64,000 bases of DNA from Candidatus Obscuribacteraceae bacterium (GTDB lineage Bacteria > Cyanobacteriota > Vampirovibrionia > Obscuribacterales > Obscuribacteraceae): the NCBI GenBank assembly GCA_044229845.1, contig JBGASG010000001.1, positions 704,001 through 768,000 of the forward strand. The letters are read 5' to 3'. Positions 38,731 through 47,749 of the stretch are shown in pieces. Position numbers and translations under genes: made by a program. Under the pieces are notes generated by a model that saw nothing but the letters and a program-made list of their open reading frames with translations, did not search any database and had not been told where the DNA came from. Positions within the stretch are counted from its first letter, which is position 1; each line of letters starts with the position of its first letter.

Positions 38731-40213
38731 CTTTGAGCCCGTTCTTGAGCAGCGCTAAAAGTCTCGGCCCAACGTCTGTTATATCACCAGCACCAATGGT
38801 GAGCACAAGGTCTCCTGCGCAAAGATGCGGTAAGATTTTTTCGTGCAATTGTAAAGTCGAGCCAGCCAGGTGCGTGACGTTCTTGTGGTTCACTTCCGTG
38901 GAAAAACGTTCCGAGTTAATGCCTTCGATCTGACCACCGCGCGCCACGTAGACATCGGCGAGCAAGACGCGGTCAGCTTCTGTGAAGGCTTGACGAAACT
39001 CTTCCCAGAGGTCGCGCAGCCGTCCAGGCTGGTGCGGTTGAAACACAGCCACCACGCGTTTGTATTGAGTGTGCCGCTGAATATATTGCCGGGCTGCTAA
39101 AAGTGTTGCCACCACTTCCGTGGGGTGGTGCCCGTAATCGTCGACGACCGTGACACCGGATTCGGTGCCGAGCAGCTGGAAGCGCCGGGCCACTCCTCTG
39201 AACTCATGCAACGAGTCGGCTATGCCTTGGAATTCCACGCCCAACTCGCTTGCGACTGCAATCACGCTCATGGCGTTGAGCTTGTTGTGCTTGCCGGGCA
39301 CCGATAGTTCAACGTCTCCGAGCACCTTGCTGTTCTGGCTGACGGTGAACTTGAACCCTTCCTTGTCTTCCATCGTGAAGTCGGCTTTGGGCGAGACCTG
39401 TTTCTCGCCATAAGTAATGATGCGTTTTTTGATCTCCGGCATGATCTCGCGGCAGCCGGCATCGTCTGAACAGACTACAACCGCCCGCGCGGCATTGTTG
39501 GCGAAGCTGAGCATGTTGCTGTACACCTCGGCAATTCCACCCGGATAGTTTTCCATGTGATCGCGTTCGATGTTGGTGACGACCGCTATTTCCGAGACCA
39601 TACTGGCATGTGTGCGGTCGCTCTCATCGGCTTCAGCGACGAAGTACTCGCCTTTGCCCAGGCGGCTGTTCGCCTTCAGTTTCTCAAAAACTCCACCCAC
39701 CACAACTGTCGGATCCAGCCCGTTGTCCAGCAGCACTTGCGCCATCATGCCGGTGGTGGTTGTCTTACCGTGCGTGCCGGATATAGCCACCATTTTGTAT
39801 TTGTTGGCCAGGGCAAACAATACCTGAGAACGATGCCAGACCGGCAAATGCCTTTCCGCGGCAGCTTGCAACTCTGGATTGTCCTTGGTGATCGCCGTCG
39901 AAACTACAATCGCCGCCGTCGCATCGGTGATATTGCTTGCTTCGTGCCCGACGAACACTGTGGCACCGAGGCTCTGCAATTCTTCGGTAATCGGACTGCC
40001 GGACTTGTCCGAGCCGGATACCTTAACGCCGCGTCCCAAGAGCAGGCGCGCCAGCGCCGACATGCCGATGCCGCCGATGCCTACAAAATGTATTGTGCCT
40101 TGCTGTGCTTGGACTGAGTCTAGATCTGGTTCCGCCGGTGAGCCCGGTTGGTGCTTCTGTACACCTGTGGTTGATTCCACTTGCAACGCGCGTTCCTTCT
40201 TATGAATATCCAA
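38714..40213 (-). CDS. murC: UDP-N-acetylmuramate--L-alanine ligase
   Basis: HFVGIGGIGMS, GTHGKTTTT, EADESD, DDYGHHPTE; true start may be about 30 nt downstream. Confidence 0.96.
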   Translation of the reverse strand: MDIHKKERALQVESTTGVQKHQPGSPAEPDLDSVQAQQGTIHFVGIGGIGMSALARLLLGRGVKVSGSDKSGSPITEELQSLGATVFVGHEASNITDATAAIVVSTAITKDNPELQAAAERHLPVWHRSQVLFALANKYKMVAISGTHGKTTTTGMMAQVLLDNGLDPTVVVGGVFEKLKANSRLGKGEYFVAEADESDRTHASMVSEIAVVTNIERDHMENYPGGIAEVYSNMLSFANNAARAVVVCSDDAGCREIMPEIKKRIITYGEKQVSPKADFTMEDKEGFKFTVSQNSKVLGDVELSVPGKHNKLNAMSVIAVASELGVEFQGIADSLHEFRGVARRFQLLGTESGVTVVDDYGHHPTEVVATLLAARQYIQRHTQYKRVVAVFQPHQPGRLRDLWEEFRQAFTEADRVLLADVYVARGGQIEGINSERFSTEVNHKNVTHLAGSTLQLHEKILPHLCAGDLVLTIGAGDITDVGPRLLALLKNGLKDGSCH

Positions 40214-40233
40214 GGCAGTGAATAAAATGCGTT

Positions 40234-40259
40234 AAATGGGCGCACCTGAGGCGCGCCCA
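40234..40259 (-). terminator. Terminator-like hairpin downstream of rpsT
   Basis: Minus strand TGGGCGCGCC-TCA-GGTGCGCCCA then TTTAA. Confidence 0.55.
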
Positions 40260-40289
40260 AACACTTTTTCGCAATTCGCGAACTGGCTC

Positions 40290-40655
40290 TTAGGCCTTTT
40301 CCGATGCTTTCTTGGGCGCCGCTTTGGCTGCAGGTTTGGCTGCGGCTTTCGGTGCGGCTTTCTTCTTGGCCGGCTTCACTTCTTCCTTGCTCTTGGTGGC
40401 GAGCAGGACGGTGAGTCTGGCTTTGCGACGGGCACCGGTATTGCGGTGCAGAACGCCTTTGGATACGGCTTTATCGATAACGGAGAAAGCTTCGTTCAGT
40501 GCGGTTTGGGCATCGCCCTCGCCGCTCTTGGCGGTTTCCAGAACTTCTTCGACCTTGCTGCGTGCGGTGCGCACGGAAGACTTCCAGTAACGGTTACGCA
40601 GGCGGTTGCGCTCAGCAACTTCGACGCGTTTCTTGGCGGACTTAATCTTGGGCAC
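40290..40655 (-). CDS. rpsT: 30S ribosomal protein S20 with Lys/Ala/Pro-rich tail
   Basis: IKSAKKRV..AERNRLRN, IDKAV.KGVLH.N..AR.K.RL. Confidence 0.96.
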   Translation of the reverse strand: MPKIKSAKKRVEVAERNRLRNRYWKSSVRTARSKVEEVLETAKSGEGDAQTALNEAFSVIDKAVSKGVLHRNTGARRKARLTVLLATKSKEEVKPAKKKAAPKAAAKPAAKAAPKKASEKA

Positions 40656-40747
40656 TTCTCAATCCCTGCAACGAACTTATACAACGGGAAGCAATTTTAG
40701 CACGCGTGAAAGCGCGTCCCTGCCCGAAGTTTAGACTTTGTAAGGAT

Positions 40748-41113
40748 TTAGCCGAGGGCGTTCTTCATGCTGCCAAGAAACTTCCGGACGGCGTCCGGGT
40801 CCTGCTGCGCCCATTCCAGCGCGACGACGAAACTGGGGTCGAGGTGTTCTCGATAGTTGTTCAGAGCTTCTTCGTTAGCTTTGCCGCCGAAGAGCTTGCT
40901 GGTCTGCGCCCATTTGGCCAGAATTCCAGCCCCAACAGCAGCATCGCCCAAGGGCGATAAGACATCACCTTGGGCGTTGACTACTTTGTTATCACCCGGC
41001 TGGTAAGCCAGGTCACGTCCTTTGTTTGCCAAGTGGTCGTCGGGAGGATGAGCCTCGGACAACTGGGTCTCCTCGACTTCAGGCATACCCGAATTGTCGC
41101 CTTCGACGCTCAT
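40748..41113 (-). CDS. Hypothetical protein (paralog of 41119..41445)
   Basis: Shares GDxAxG..WA...KxFxGxA...ALxN...DP with its neighbour; 5-bp gap. Confidence 0.75.
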   Translation of the reverse strand: MSVEGDNSGMPEVEETQLSEAHPPDDHLANKGRDLAYQPGDNKVVNAQGDVLSPLGDAAVGAGILAKWAQTSKLFGGKANEEALNNYREHLDPSFVVALEWAQQDPDAVRKFLGSMKNALG

Positions 41114-41118
41114 ACTTG

Positions 41119-41445
41119 TTATGCAGTCGTGTGATTCTTCAAGACTTCTTCAGCAGCTTTGGGATTCTTCAGCGATGCGCTGAGAAACTCATAGACACCC
41201 GGATCCATGAAAGCTTGCATGTTCGTCAGGGCTTGCGCATGGGCATCGCCATTGAATGGTTTGTTGCCTTCGGCCCAGGCTTGCGCAAATTTCAACCCTT
41301 GTGCAGGGTCGCCTACGACGGCACCGTCTGCGCCGGCTTGTGCGACGTTGTCAGTACCTCTCCAGGCAGCTTGAGCTGCGCCCTGAAGACCTTCGTTCTG
41401 AACGTCTTTTTTCCCTGGTACTTCTTGCGGAATGTCCTTACCCAT
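41119..41445 (-). CDS. Hypothetical protein (paralog of 40748..41113)
   Basis: Same shared motif set; 108 aa. Confidence 0.75.
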   Translation of the reverse strand: MGKDIPQEVPGKKDVQNEGLQGAAQAAWRGTDNVAQAGADGAVVGDPAQGLKFAQAWAEGNKPFNGDAHAQALTNMQAFMDPGVYEFLSASLKNPKAAEEVLKNHTTA

Positions 41446-41642
41446 AACTAACCCTGGTTACTCCTGCCAATTCCATATTTTTAGTAACAACAGCGCCGTT
41501 TGTGCGCTCATTTACGACATTACGCTGTGTGACGTGATCTGTCCATGTGGTTTCTACGTAGTCAACATGAAATGCCGCAAACCAAGTATGCCTGTGCCGT
41601 TCCGGTGTCAAGCTTCATGTTGTTTTCCCCCCTCAAACAGGC

Positions 41643-42266
41643 TCAAAGGTGGAGCGCAGCCTTCAAGACCATCATCACAGTGGCGATGCCGGTCGCGACG
41701 CCGGCAAGAATGCCTGAAACGATGCACAGACCTGCCGTTTTGACGTCGTCCAGCTTGAGGACTTGTTTGAGTCCGACAAACTGCAAGAACAAGCCGTAGA
41801 GCCCCAGCAGGAACCCGACGTAGGGCACCCAGACGGCCGCCACGACCACGCCGGCGTAGCAGTAAACCCGCGCCACCGCCTCAAATGAGGGTTTTTTCGC
41901 TCCCATGGCGGTTGAGAGTCCGGTCGCCAGTCCGGCGGCGGCGAAAAGTCCGATCAGCGGACAGACAGCTGCAATCACCAGCGACAAGAAACTGAAGCTG
42001 AAGATGCCGGTCAAGAGGGCATTGGCAACCAGTCCGACAGCGAAGAAGGTCACAGGTTCTTTCAATCCGCCGCTGGTCGGCATCTGGGAAAAGAAGACCC
42101 GTGGGCTGAGGACGATCAGCTTGGCTGTCTCTATATAAGTCTTGAAGAACTCAGAGGCGTCGAATCCCTGAGTGAGGCTGCCGGTCGATGAGGTGACCCC
42201 AGCCGGAGGCGAGGTTTGCCCAGTTCCGCTGTCGTCCGTTTCGCCGGGTGTGGATTGGTCTTGCAT
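41643..42266 (-). CDS. Yip1-domain membrane protein
   Basis: K.IVLSP..FF..M...GGL.EP..F, YA...WVP..G....LYG; ATG 42266 overlaps the upstream TAA. Confidence 0.85.
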   Translation of the reverse strand: MQDQSTPGETDDSGTGQTSPPAGVTSSTGSLTQGFDASEFFKTYIETAKLIVLSPRVFFSQMPTSGGLKEPVTFFAVGLVANALLTGIFSFSFLSLVIAAVCPLIGLFAAAGLATGLSTAMGAKKPSFEAVARVYCYAGVVVAAVWVPYVGFLLGLYGLFLQFVGLKQVLKLDDVKTAGLCIVSGILAGVATGIATVMMVLKAALHL

Positions 42267-43612
42267 TAGTTTCCCCCAGCGCTGCCGCGCGTCACGTTCC
42301 AATCGAACTGATACTTAATATCTACAGATCTAGGAGCACCTTTAGGAAGAGGATCTAAAGGAGAAGCCGCTTTCAGCGCATCGAGTGCTGTCTTGTCGAC
42401 ATCCGCCTGCCCGGAACTCTGGACGATCTGCGGACTGACTATCGAGCCGTCGCTCTTAATTGTGAAAACTACGCCGACTTTGCGATTCTCCAACCCTTTG
42501 GGAGGCTGCCACTTCTGTTGGATGGCACCCTTCATCTTCGCAATGTAGGGACGCATGTCGAGACTGTGGTCGATTTTGTCGTCGTCATCTTCATCTTCGT
42601 CGTCGTGGGTCTGCGGCACCGCGGGTTTCGCTCCCGGTCCCGGAATCACCATGGTTTGACCGCCGGCACGCGGCATCACCAGGTCAGGACGCGTCAATCC
42701 CAGTTGATCGACTGGGTGTCCAAAGCCTATATTGGCGACGGAGTTGGCGCCGGCTCTGGTCTCGATGCCGATGGTGGGCAGCATGTCGTCGGTGAGGTGC
42801 GAGGCTGGCACGAAGACGGCTTTCTGCGTCTTGTGCAGCGTCGCTTTGACTTGATTGCCGACGCTGTCTCTGATGTGTCCGGCCAGACTGACCAGAGGAA
42901 TCAATCCTCCACCCGCCTTCAAGCCCTCCATCAACTTGCTGGCAAAGTACGAATTTTGCACGATCGCATCTTCGTAAGACTGTCCGCCGATGCCTGATGC
43001 CGCGAACACCGATACACCCATATTACTGAGCGCCGTCAGAGTCGAATCATCTATGCTCGGCGATGTGCCACCATAACTGGTGTCGAGCATGAGCACGACA
43101 TAACTGGCTTGCGTTCGTTGTTTGAGCTGCTTGCAAAATGCCACCAGCGGCACGCCGGTTGCCGGGTCGGTAGACATGCTGTCTCGCAGGCAGAGAAACG
43201 CTTCCTTGCTCTTCGGATCATCGGCCACATGAGACGCGGCGTAGATCACGATCATGTCGCCTGGCAGTGCTTTTTTGTACAGCCAGGTGTCTACCAGCTC
43301 GTTGAATTTAGCGCGACTGGCGCCACCACCGGTGATGCTCTGCACATGGTCGGGAGGGAAGCGCCCGATGGTTGGATCGATCAGCATGCGGGAGAGATCG
43401 ACAACGTTCTTCTCGGCATACTTGAGCGGCGGCAAGATAGGATCTTTATAGCGGTTGACACCGATCAACACTGCCCATTTGTCGCGCACTGCGATCGGTT
43501 TGACGGCCTGAGCGCCCGGTTTTGCGCCGGCAGCATTCGCGGCCGACACCGGCCGAGGCGCCATCGACAGACTGACGGCGACGGCTGCAACTAAAGGAAG
43601 AATCTGACGCAT
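42266..43612 (-). CDS. Secreted caspase-like (peptidase C14) domain + TonB C-terminal domain; catalytic Cys absent
   Basis: Signal peptide; DKWAVLIGVNRY.D..LKYA; YAASHV / LDTSYGG; C-terminal Y...M...I...W.PP...V.F.I..DG...SSG...D..AL.AL. Confidence 0.85.
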   Translation of the reverse strand: MRQILPLVAAVAVSLSMAPRPVSAANAAGAKPGAQAVKPIAVRDKWAVLIGVNRYKDPILPPLKYAEKNVVDLSRMLIDPTIGRFPPDHVQSITGGGASRAKFNELVDTWLYKKALPGDMIVIYAASHVADDPKSKEAFLCLRDSMSTDPATGVPLVAFCKQLKQRTQASYVVLMLDTSYGGTSPSIDDSTLTALSNMGVSVFAASGIGGQSYEDAIVQNSYFASKLMEGLKAGGGLIPLVSLAGHIRDSVGNQVKATLHKTQKAVFVPASHLTDDMLPTIGIETRAGANSVANIGFGHPVDQLGLTRPDLVMPRAGGQTMVIPGPGAKPAVPQTHDDEDEDDDDKIDHSLDMRPYIAKMKGAIQQKWQPPKGLENRKVGVVFTIKSDGSIVSPQIVQSSGQADVDKTALDALKAASPLDPLPKGAPRSVDIKYQFDWNVTRGSAGGN

Positions 43613-43652
43613 CTGCTTGGGAAAACCAGTCGATATCACCCGGGACCACCCC

Positions 43653-45737
43653 TCAGTAATTATTCATTGAATAGTACGGCAAATTGTTTGTCTCTACCGA
43701 CAGTATTAATTCTCGCGCTTGAGAACTGGCTGGCAGGTCGGCACTGCCTAGATGGCGGGCGATTGCGCGCGGCAACTGGAAAAGATCAAACACCAGTCGC
43801 TCCAGCGCGTTCTCCAGCTGGTGGCGCAGTTCGCCGCCAGTCTGGGTGCTCTGCAGTGCTTTACCGGCGCGCGAGAGCAAAGGTGCCTCGCCCTGCAGAG
43901 AAGGCAAAGGCATGGACTCGACCATGTCGATATCGATCTGAGCCAGCGCTCGATCTTTTTCGCGGCTGCGCAACCGGTACACATAAGAAAAGAAACGCGA
44001 GTTGAGTACTGCGGCATAGGCATCCAGCCCTTCTACGCTGCCGGCTCGGGGAGCGAAGCTGTGGATATTGTTGAGGTGGTAGAACGACTCGCGATCGCAG
44101 GCACTGATGATACGGTCTGACGTCTGCCTCAAAAGTAGTTTTGGTTGCTCGACGACAGCCGGATCAAACCCGCCGGGAAACAGCAGGTCGCGCTGCACAT
44201 TCAGCCAGTGTCCCTGCCAGGTGGTCTGAAACGGCAGCACCTGCGCACCGGAGACCAGCCCACGTTTGTACTGCCCCGCCAACTGCTCTGCCGAAACGAT
44301 GGTTTTTTGTCCGCGCCGGCTGCGGATACCGGTGTGTCCGCGGAGAACTTCGCGCAGAAGGGGAAACTGGTTGAGGTGGCGAATCAACTCAGTATCCTCG
44401 TCGCTGTTCAACACGTTGAAACGCAGGCAGTCTTGCGACACGAAGACATCGAAAGGAATGTCGGTTTCATCAATCGGATTGCCGCCGGTTTCAACGCGAG
44501 CGACTCGCACGGCGCCTTCTTGAGCTGCTGCCGCCGATTTCTTCCGGTAGTGAGCGACGCACCAGTTGCCCACGGTAGCATCACTTATGGTGTCGCTGGG
44601 TAATTCTGCGATCTGCACAATGTGGGCGGTCGAGGTGATCATGCGGCGCAGCTTTTTATAGAAACTGCCGGTCAGAAAAGCATCCGGAAGCAGCAGCAAA
44701 ACTTGTCCGCCGGGCTTCGTCCAGCGCAGGCAGACATCCTGAAAAACTGAATGCAACCGAATCTTATATTCGGAGCTTTGCGGGTAGAGCGCGCGCAGCA
44801 GTGCTGCCTGGGAAGAAACGATTTTCGACTGTCCGCGCGAGCCATAACTTACATACGGCGGATTGGTTGCCACCACATCGAATTCGGGAGCAGGATAAGT
44901 GAGAGTCTGATCTGCGACTTTGATGTTCTCGGTCAGAGACTTCGCCAGTCGCCGCAAGTCAGAGCGATGACAGTCCTGAAACTTTACGCCCCAGGTTGCT
45001 GCTGCGGCAAGAAACAGCGACAGCCTACATAAACCGACGGCGCGCGCATCGATGTCGCGTCCGAACAGCTGTTGCTCGACAAACTCCCGAGCCTGTTTAC
45101 CTGTGAATCGAGACTCAGCCAGAGCGCCGAGCAGGAAATTGCCGGAGCCGCACGAAGGATCGAGAATCCTATCCGTTTGCCAGATGCAGGCAGCCTGACG
45201 AAAACAATAAGTCACCACCCACGGTGGAGTGTAAAACTCAGCTGTTGTGCTGCGTTCTTTGGAGAAACGAACTTCGGGTTGGCCGGTTGCGTTTCTCGAC
45301 AAAGGCGCGCGCAGCATGTGCTGGTACACCTCGCCGATCAATTCCAATCCGGTCGAAGCCGACCAGGATTTTTCCAAAAGCGCGAACCCGAAGTCGCGCA
45401 GTGCCAGATCGCGCTCGCTATCCAGATGACTGTGCAGCGGATATACCTCAGCCGAAAAGTAATCGGACTCCAGGTTTGTAATTTGGCTGCGATGGGCCGG
45501 TTGCATATCGCTTGCGCATGGAGAAAAACCACATCTGGTGGCTAACCAGTTGACCAGAATGCGCAGAGTATATTGCTCGGATAATTCGATGACCTGCTCT
45601 TCTTCGAGATATCCAACGTTGCGGAATATTTCCTGAGCGCACTGCAGCCGATAATGTTTGATTGCCTGATTCAACTGCGCGCGTGTTTGCATAATGCCGT
45701 ATATGGTGGCATTGAACCGAGCGCAACGCAAGATCAA
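43653..45737 (-). CDS. N6-adenine DNA methyltransferase (gamma class, TaqI/Eco57I-like) with target-recognition domain
   Basis: EFYTP, ILDPSCGSGNFL, NPPY, PKLLLRQT, AVLNS; start uncertain. Confidence 0.88.
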   Translation of the reverse strand: MILRCARFNATIYGIMQTRAQLNQAIKHYRLQCAQEIFRNVGYLEEEQVIELSEQYTLRILVNWLATRCGFSPCASDMQPAHRSQITNLESDYFSAEVYPLHSHLDSERDLALRDFGFALLEKSWSASTGLELIGEVYQHMLRAPLSRNATGQPEVRFSKERSTTAEFYTPPWVVTYCFRQAACIWQTDRILDPSCGSGNFLLGALAESRFTGKQAREFVEQQLFGRDIDARAVGLCRLSLFLAAAATWGVKFQDCHRSDLRRLAKSLTENIKVADQTLTYPAPEFDVVATNPPYVSYGSRGQSKIVSSQAALLRALYPQSSEYKIRLHSVFQDVCLRWTKPGGQVLLLLPDAFLTGSFYKKLRRMITSTAHIVQIAELPSDTISDATVGNWCVAHYRKKSAAAAQEGAVRVARVETGGNPIDETDIPFDVFVSQDCLRFNVLNSDEDTELIRHLNQFPLLREVLRGHTGIRSRRGQKTIVSAEQLAGQYKRGLVSGAQVLPFQTTWQGHWLNVQRDLLFPGGFDPAVVEQPKLLLRQTSDRIISACDRESFYHLNNIHSFAPRAGSVEGLDAYAAVLNSRFFSYVYRLRSREKDRALAQIDIDMVESMPLPSLQGEAPLLSRAGKALQSTQTGGELRHQLENALERLVFDLFQLPRAIARHLGSADLPASSQARELILSVETNNLPYYSMNNY

Positions 45738-45905
45738 GTATCTGCAGCGATGCCAGGCAGTTAAATAATCTACAGCTTGTAGGCTGTCTGTAGAAAACTG
45801 GTGGTTGCAAAGTCAGGACGGTTGGTCCGACAGTTCTCTTCCACGTCTGAAAGTGCTATCCTGCTTGCCGTTTACTTTTTTACTCTCAGTTGACAGGATA
45901 CGCTG

Positions 45906-46745
45906 TTGTCAGGACGTCTCTTTGTTGTTGCGACACCGATCGGTAATCTGCAGGATATAAGTCAGCGTGTAAAAGATGCACTGGCGGAATCGTCGGTGAT
46001 ATTCGCCGAAGATACGCGCGTCTCAATCAACCTGCTCAGCCATCTAGGGCTGCAGAAAAAACTTATTAGCTGTCACAACTTCAATGAGGCAAACCGCGCC
46101 GAAAGCCTTGAGAAGTACGCCGCCGAAGGAGCGACTGTGTCGCTGGTCTCCGATGCCGGCACACCACTGGTATCTGACCCGGGATATCAGATAGTCAAAG
46201 AAGCTTTGCGCCTCGGTATGAAAGTCATTCCAATTCCCGGTCCCAGTGCCGTTCTCGTCGCCCTGGTCGGTAGCGGACTTCCCTGTGAGCGCTTCGTGTT
46301 CGAGGGTTTCTTGCCTGATGTTCGCGGCGACCGAACTAAGCGACTGCAGAAATTAAAGGAGGAAGAGCGCACCATGGTGCTGTTTGTTTCTCCCCACAAT
46401 ATAAAGAAGCTGATCCCTGAATGTCTGGAAGCTTTCGGTGCGGAACGACCTGCTTGTCTGGCGCGCGAACTCACCAAGTTTTACGAGGAGTTTGTGCGCG
46501 GTACGCTGGGCGGCATCCTCGAGCATGTGCAGACTCACGAAGTCAAAGGCGAATGCGTCTTGATCATAGGTGGTGCCCCTGAGGGCACAGTCAGTCGTTG
46601 GACCACCGAGCAGGTGACCGAGCGCGTGCATGAGTTGTTGGCTGCCGGTGGGCGCCTGAAAGATGTTTCTTCCCTGGTGGCAAAATCCAGCGGATGGAGC
46701 GCATCAGATATCTACAAGATAGGTCTTAAGATGGCGCGTCACTGA
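45906..46745 (+). CDS. rsmI: 16S rRNA C1402 2'-O-methyltransferase
   Basis: VVATPIGNL.DIS, AEDTR, SDAGTPLVSDPG, RELTK.YEE. Confidence 0.96.
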   Translation: MSGRLFVVATPIGNLQDISQRVKDALAESSVIFAEDTRVSINLLSHLGLQKKLISCHNFNEANRAESLEKYAAEGATVSLVSDAGTPLVSDPGYQIVKEALRLGMKVIPIPGPSAVLVALVGSGLPCERFVFEGFLPDVRGDRTKRLQKLKEEERTMVLFVSPHNIKKLIPECLEAFGAERPACLARELTKFYEEFVRGTLGGILEHVQTHEVKGECVLIIGGAPEGTVSRWTTEQVTERVHELLAAGGRLKDVSSLVAKSSGWSASDIYKIGLKMARH

Positions 46746-46820
46746 GTTTCATGCAAATGCGCAACTCGATGCGATAATCGCTTTGAAGATCTGCGTTGAG
46801 TTCAAGGTAACCATATATAA

Positions 46821-47678
46821 ATGATGCAAGCGCAACCGATGAGTTTGGTCGAAGCCCTTGTGCTGGGCACCGTCCAGGGATTGACTGAGTTTCTCCCGAT
46901 CAGCAGCACGGCTCACTTGCGAGTGGTGCCGGCGTTGGTCGGTTGGAGTGATCCTGGTGTCGCGTACTCTGCAGTGATTCAACTCGGCTCCGTGGTGGCA
47001 TTGCTGGCGTATTTCTGGAAAGACATCTGGCAACTGGCGACGGGCGCCATCGGTGCGCTCATGAAGCGCGACTTCACCAATCTCTATTTCCGCCAGAGCG
47101 TGGCGATCGTTGTTGCTACTCTCCCTATCGGCGTGCTCGGTCTGGCCCTCAAGCACGTGCTGGAAGCAGAGGGCGGACCGCTGCGCTCTCTGGTTGTGAT
47201 TGGCAGTGCATCGGTGGTGATGAGCATTCTGTTGTTTCTTGCCGAGAAGATCAGCAAGAAAGAGCGCGACATGTCGCAATTAGGGATCAAAGATGGATTA
47301 CTGATTGGGTTGGGTCAAGCGATGGCTTTGATTCCCGGCTGCTCGCGCAGCGGTTCCACTTTGACTACCGCGCTGTTCCTCAACATCAAGCGCGATGATG
47401 CGGCGCGATTCTCGTTTCTTCTCGGCATTCCGGCTGTGCTTCTCTCGGGACTGCTTGAGCTGAAAGAGTTATACGAGTTGGGCAAAGCCGGGCAACTGCC
47501 CACCGATTCGACGACCAGCGTTTTGGTGGGATTTGTGGTTGCGACCATCGTCAGTTACGCCGCAATCTGGTGGCTGATCAAGTATTTGAAGAATCACTCC
47601 ACCATGGTGTTTGTGATTTACCGCCTGGTCTTCGGAGTTGCTGTCCTGGGACTGGCGCTGTCCAACACAATCCACTGA
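46821..47678 (+). CDS. uppP: Undecaprenyl-diphosphatase
   Basis: VQGLTEFLPISSTAHL, IQLGS, LIPGCSRSGST, ARFSFLL. Confidence 0.96.
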   Translation: MMQAQPMSLVEALVLGTVQGLTEFLPISSTAHLRVVPALVGWSDPGVAYSAVIQLGSVVALLAYFWKDIWQLATGAIGALMKRDFTNLYFRQSVAIVVATLPIGVLGLALKHVLEAEGGPLRSLVVIGSASVVMSILLFLAEKISKKERDMSQLGIKDGLLIGLGQAMALIPGCSRSGSTLTTALFLNIKRDDAARFSFLLGIPAVLLSGLLELKELYELGKAGQLPTDSTTSVLVGFVVATIVSYAAIWWLIKYLKNHSTMVFVIYRLVFGVAVLGLALSNTIH

Positions 47679-47749
47679 GGAAGCCCGCCTATACGTCGAG
47701 GAGTTGCCGAAGCAACTCCTCGCAGATACTCAAGATTGAGGCAGAAACG

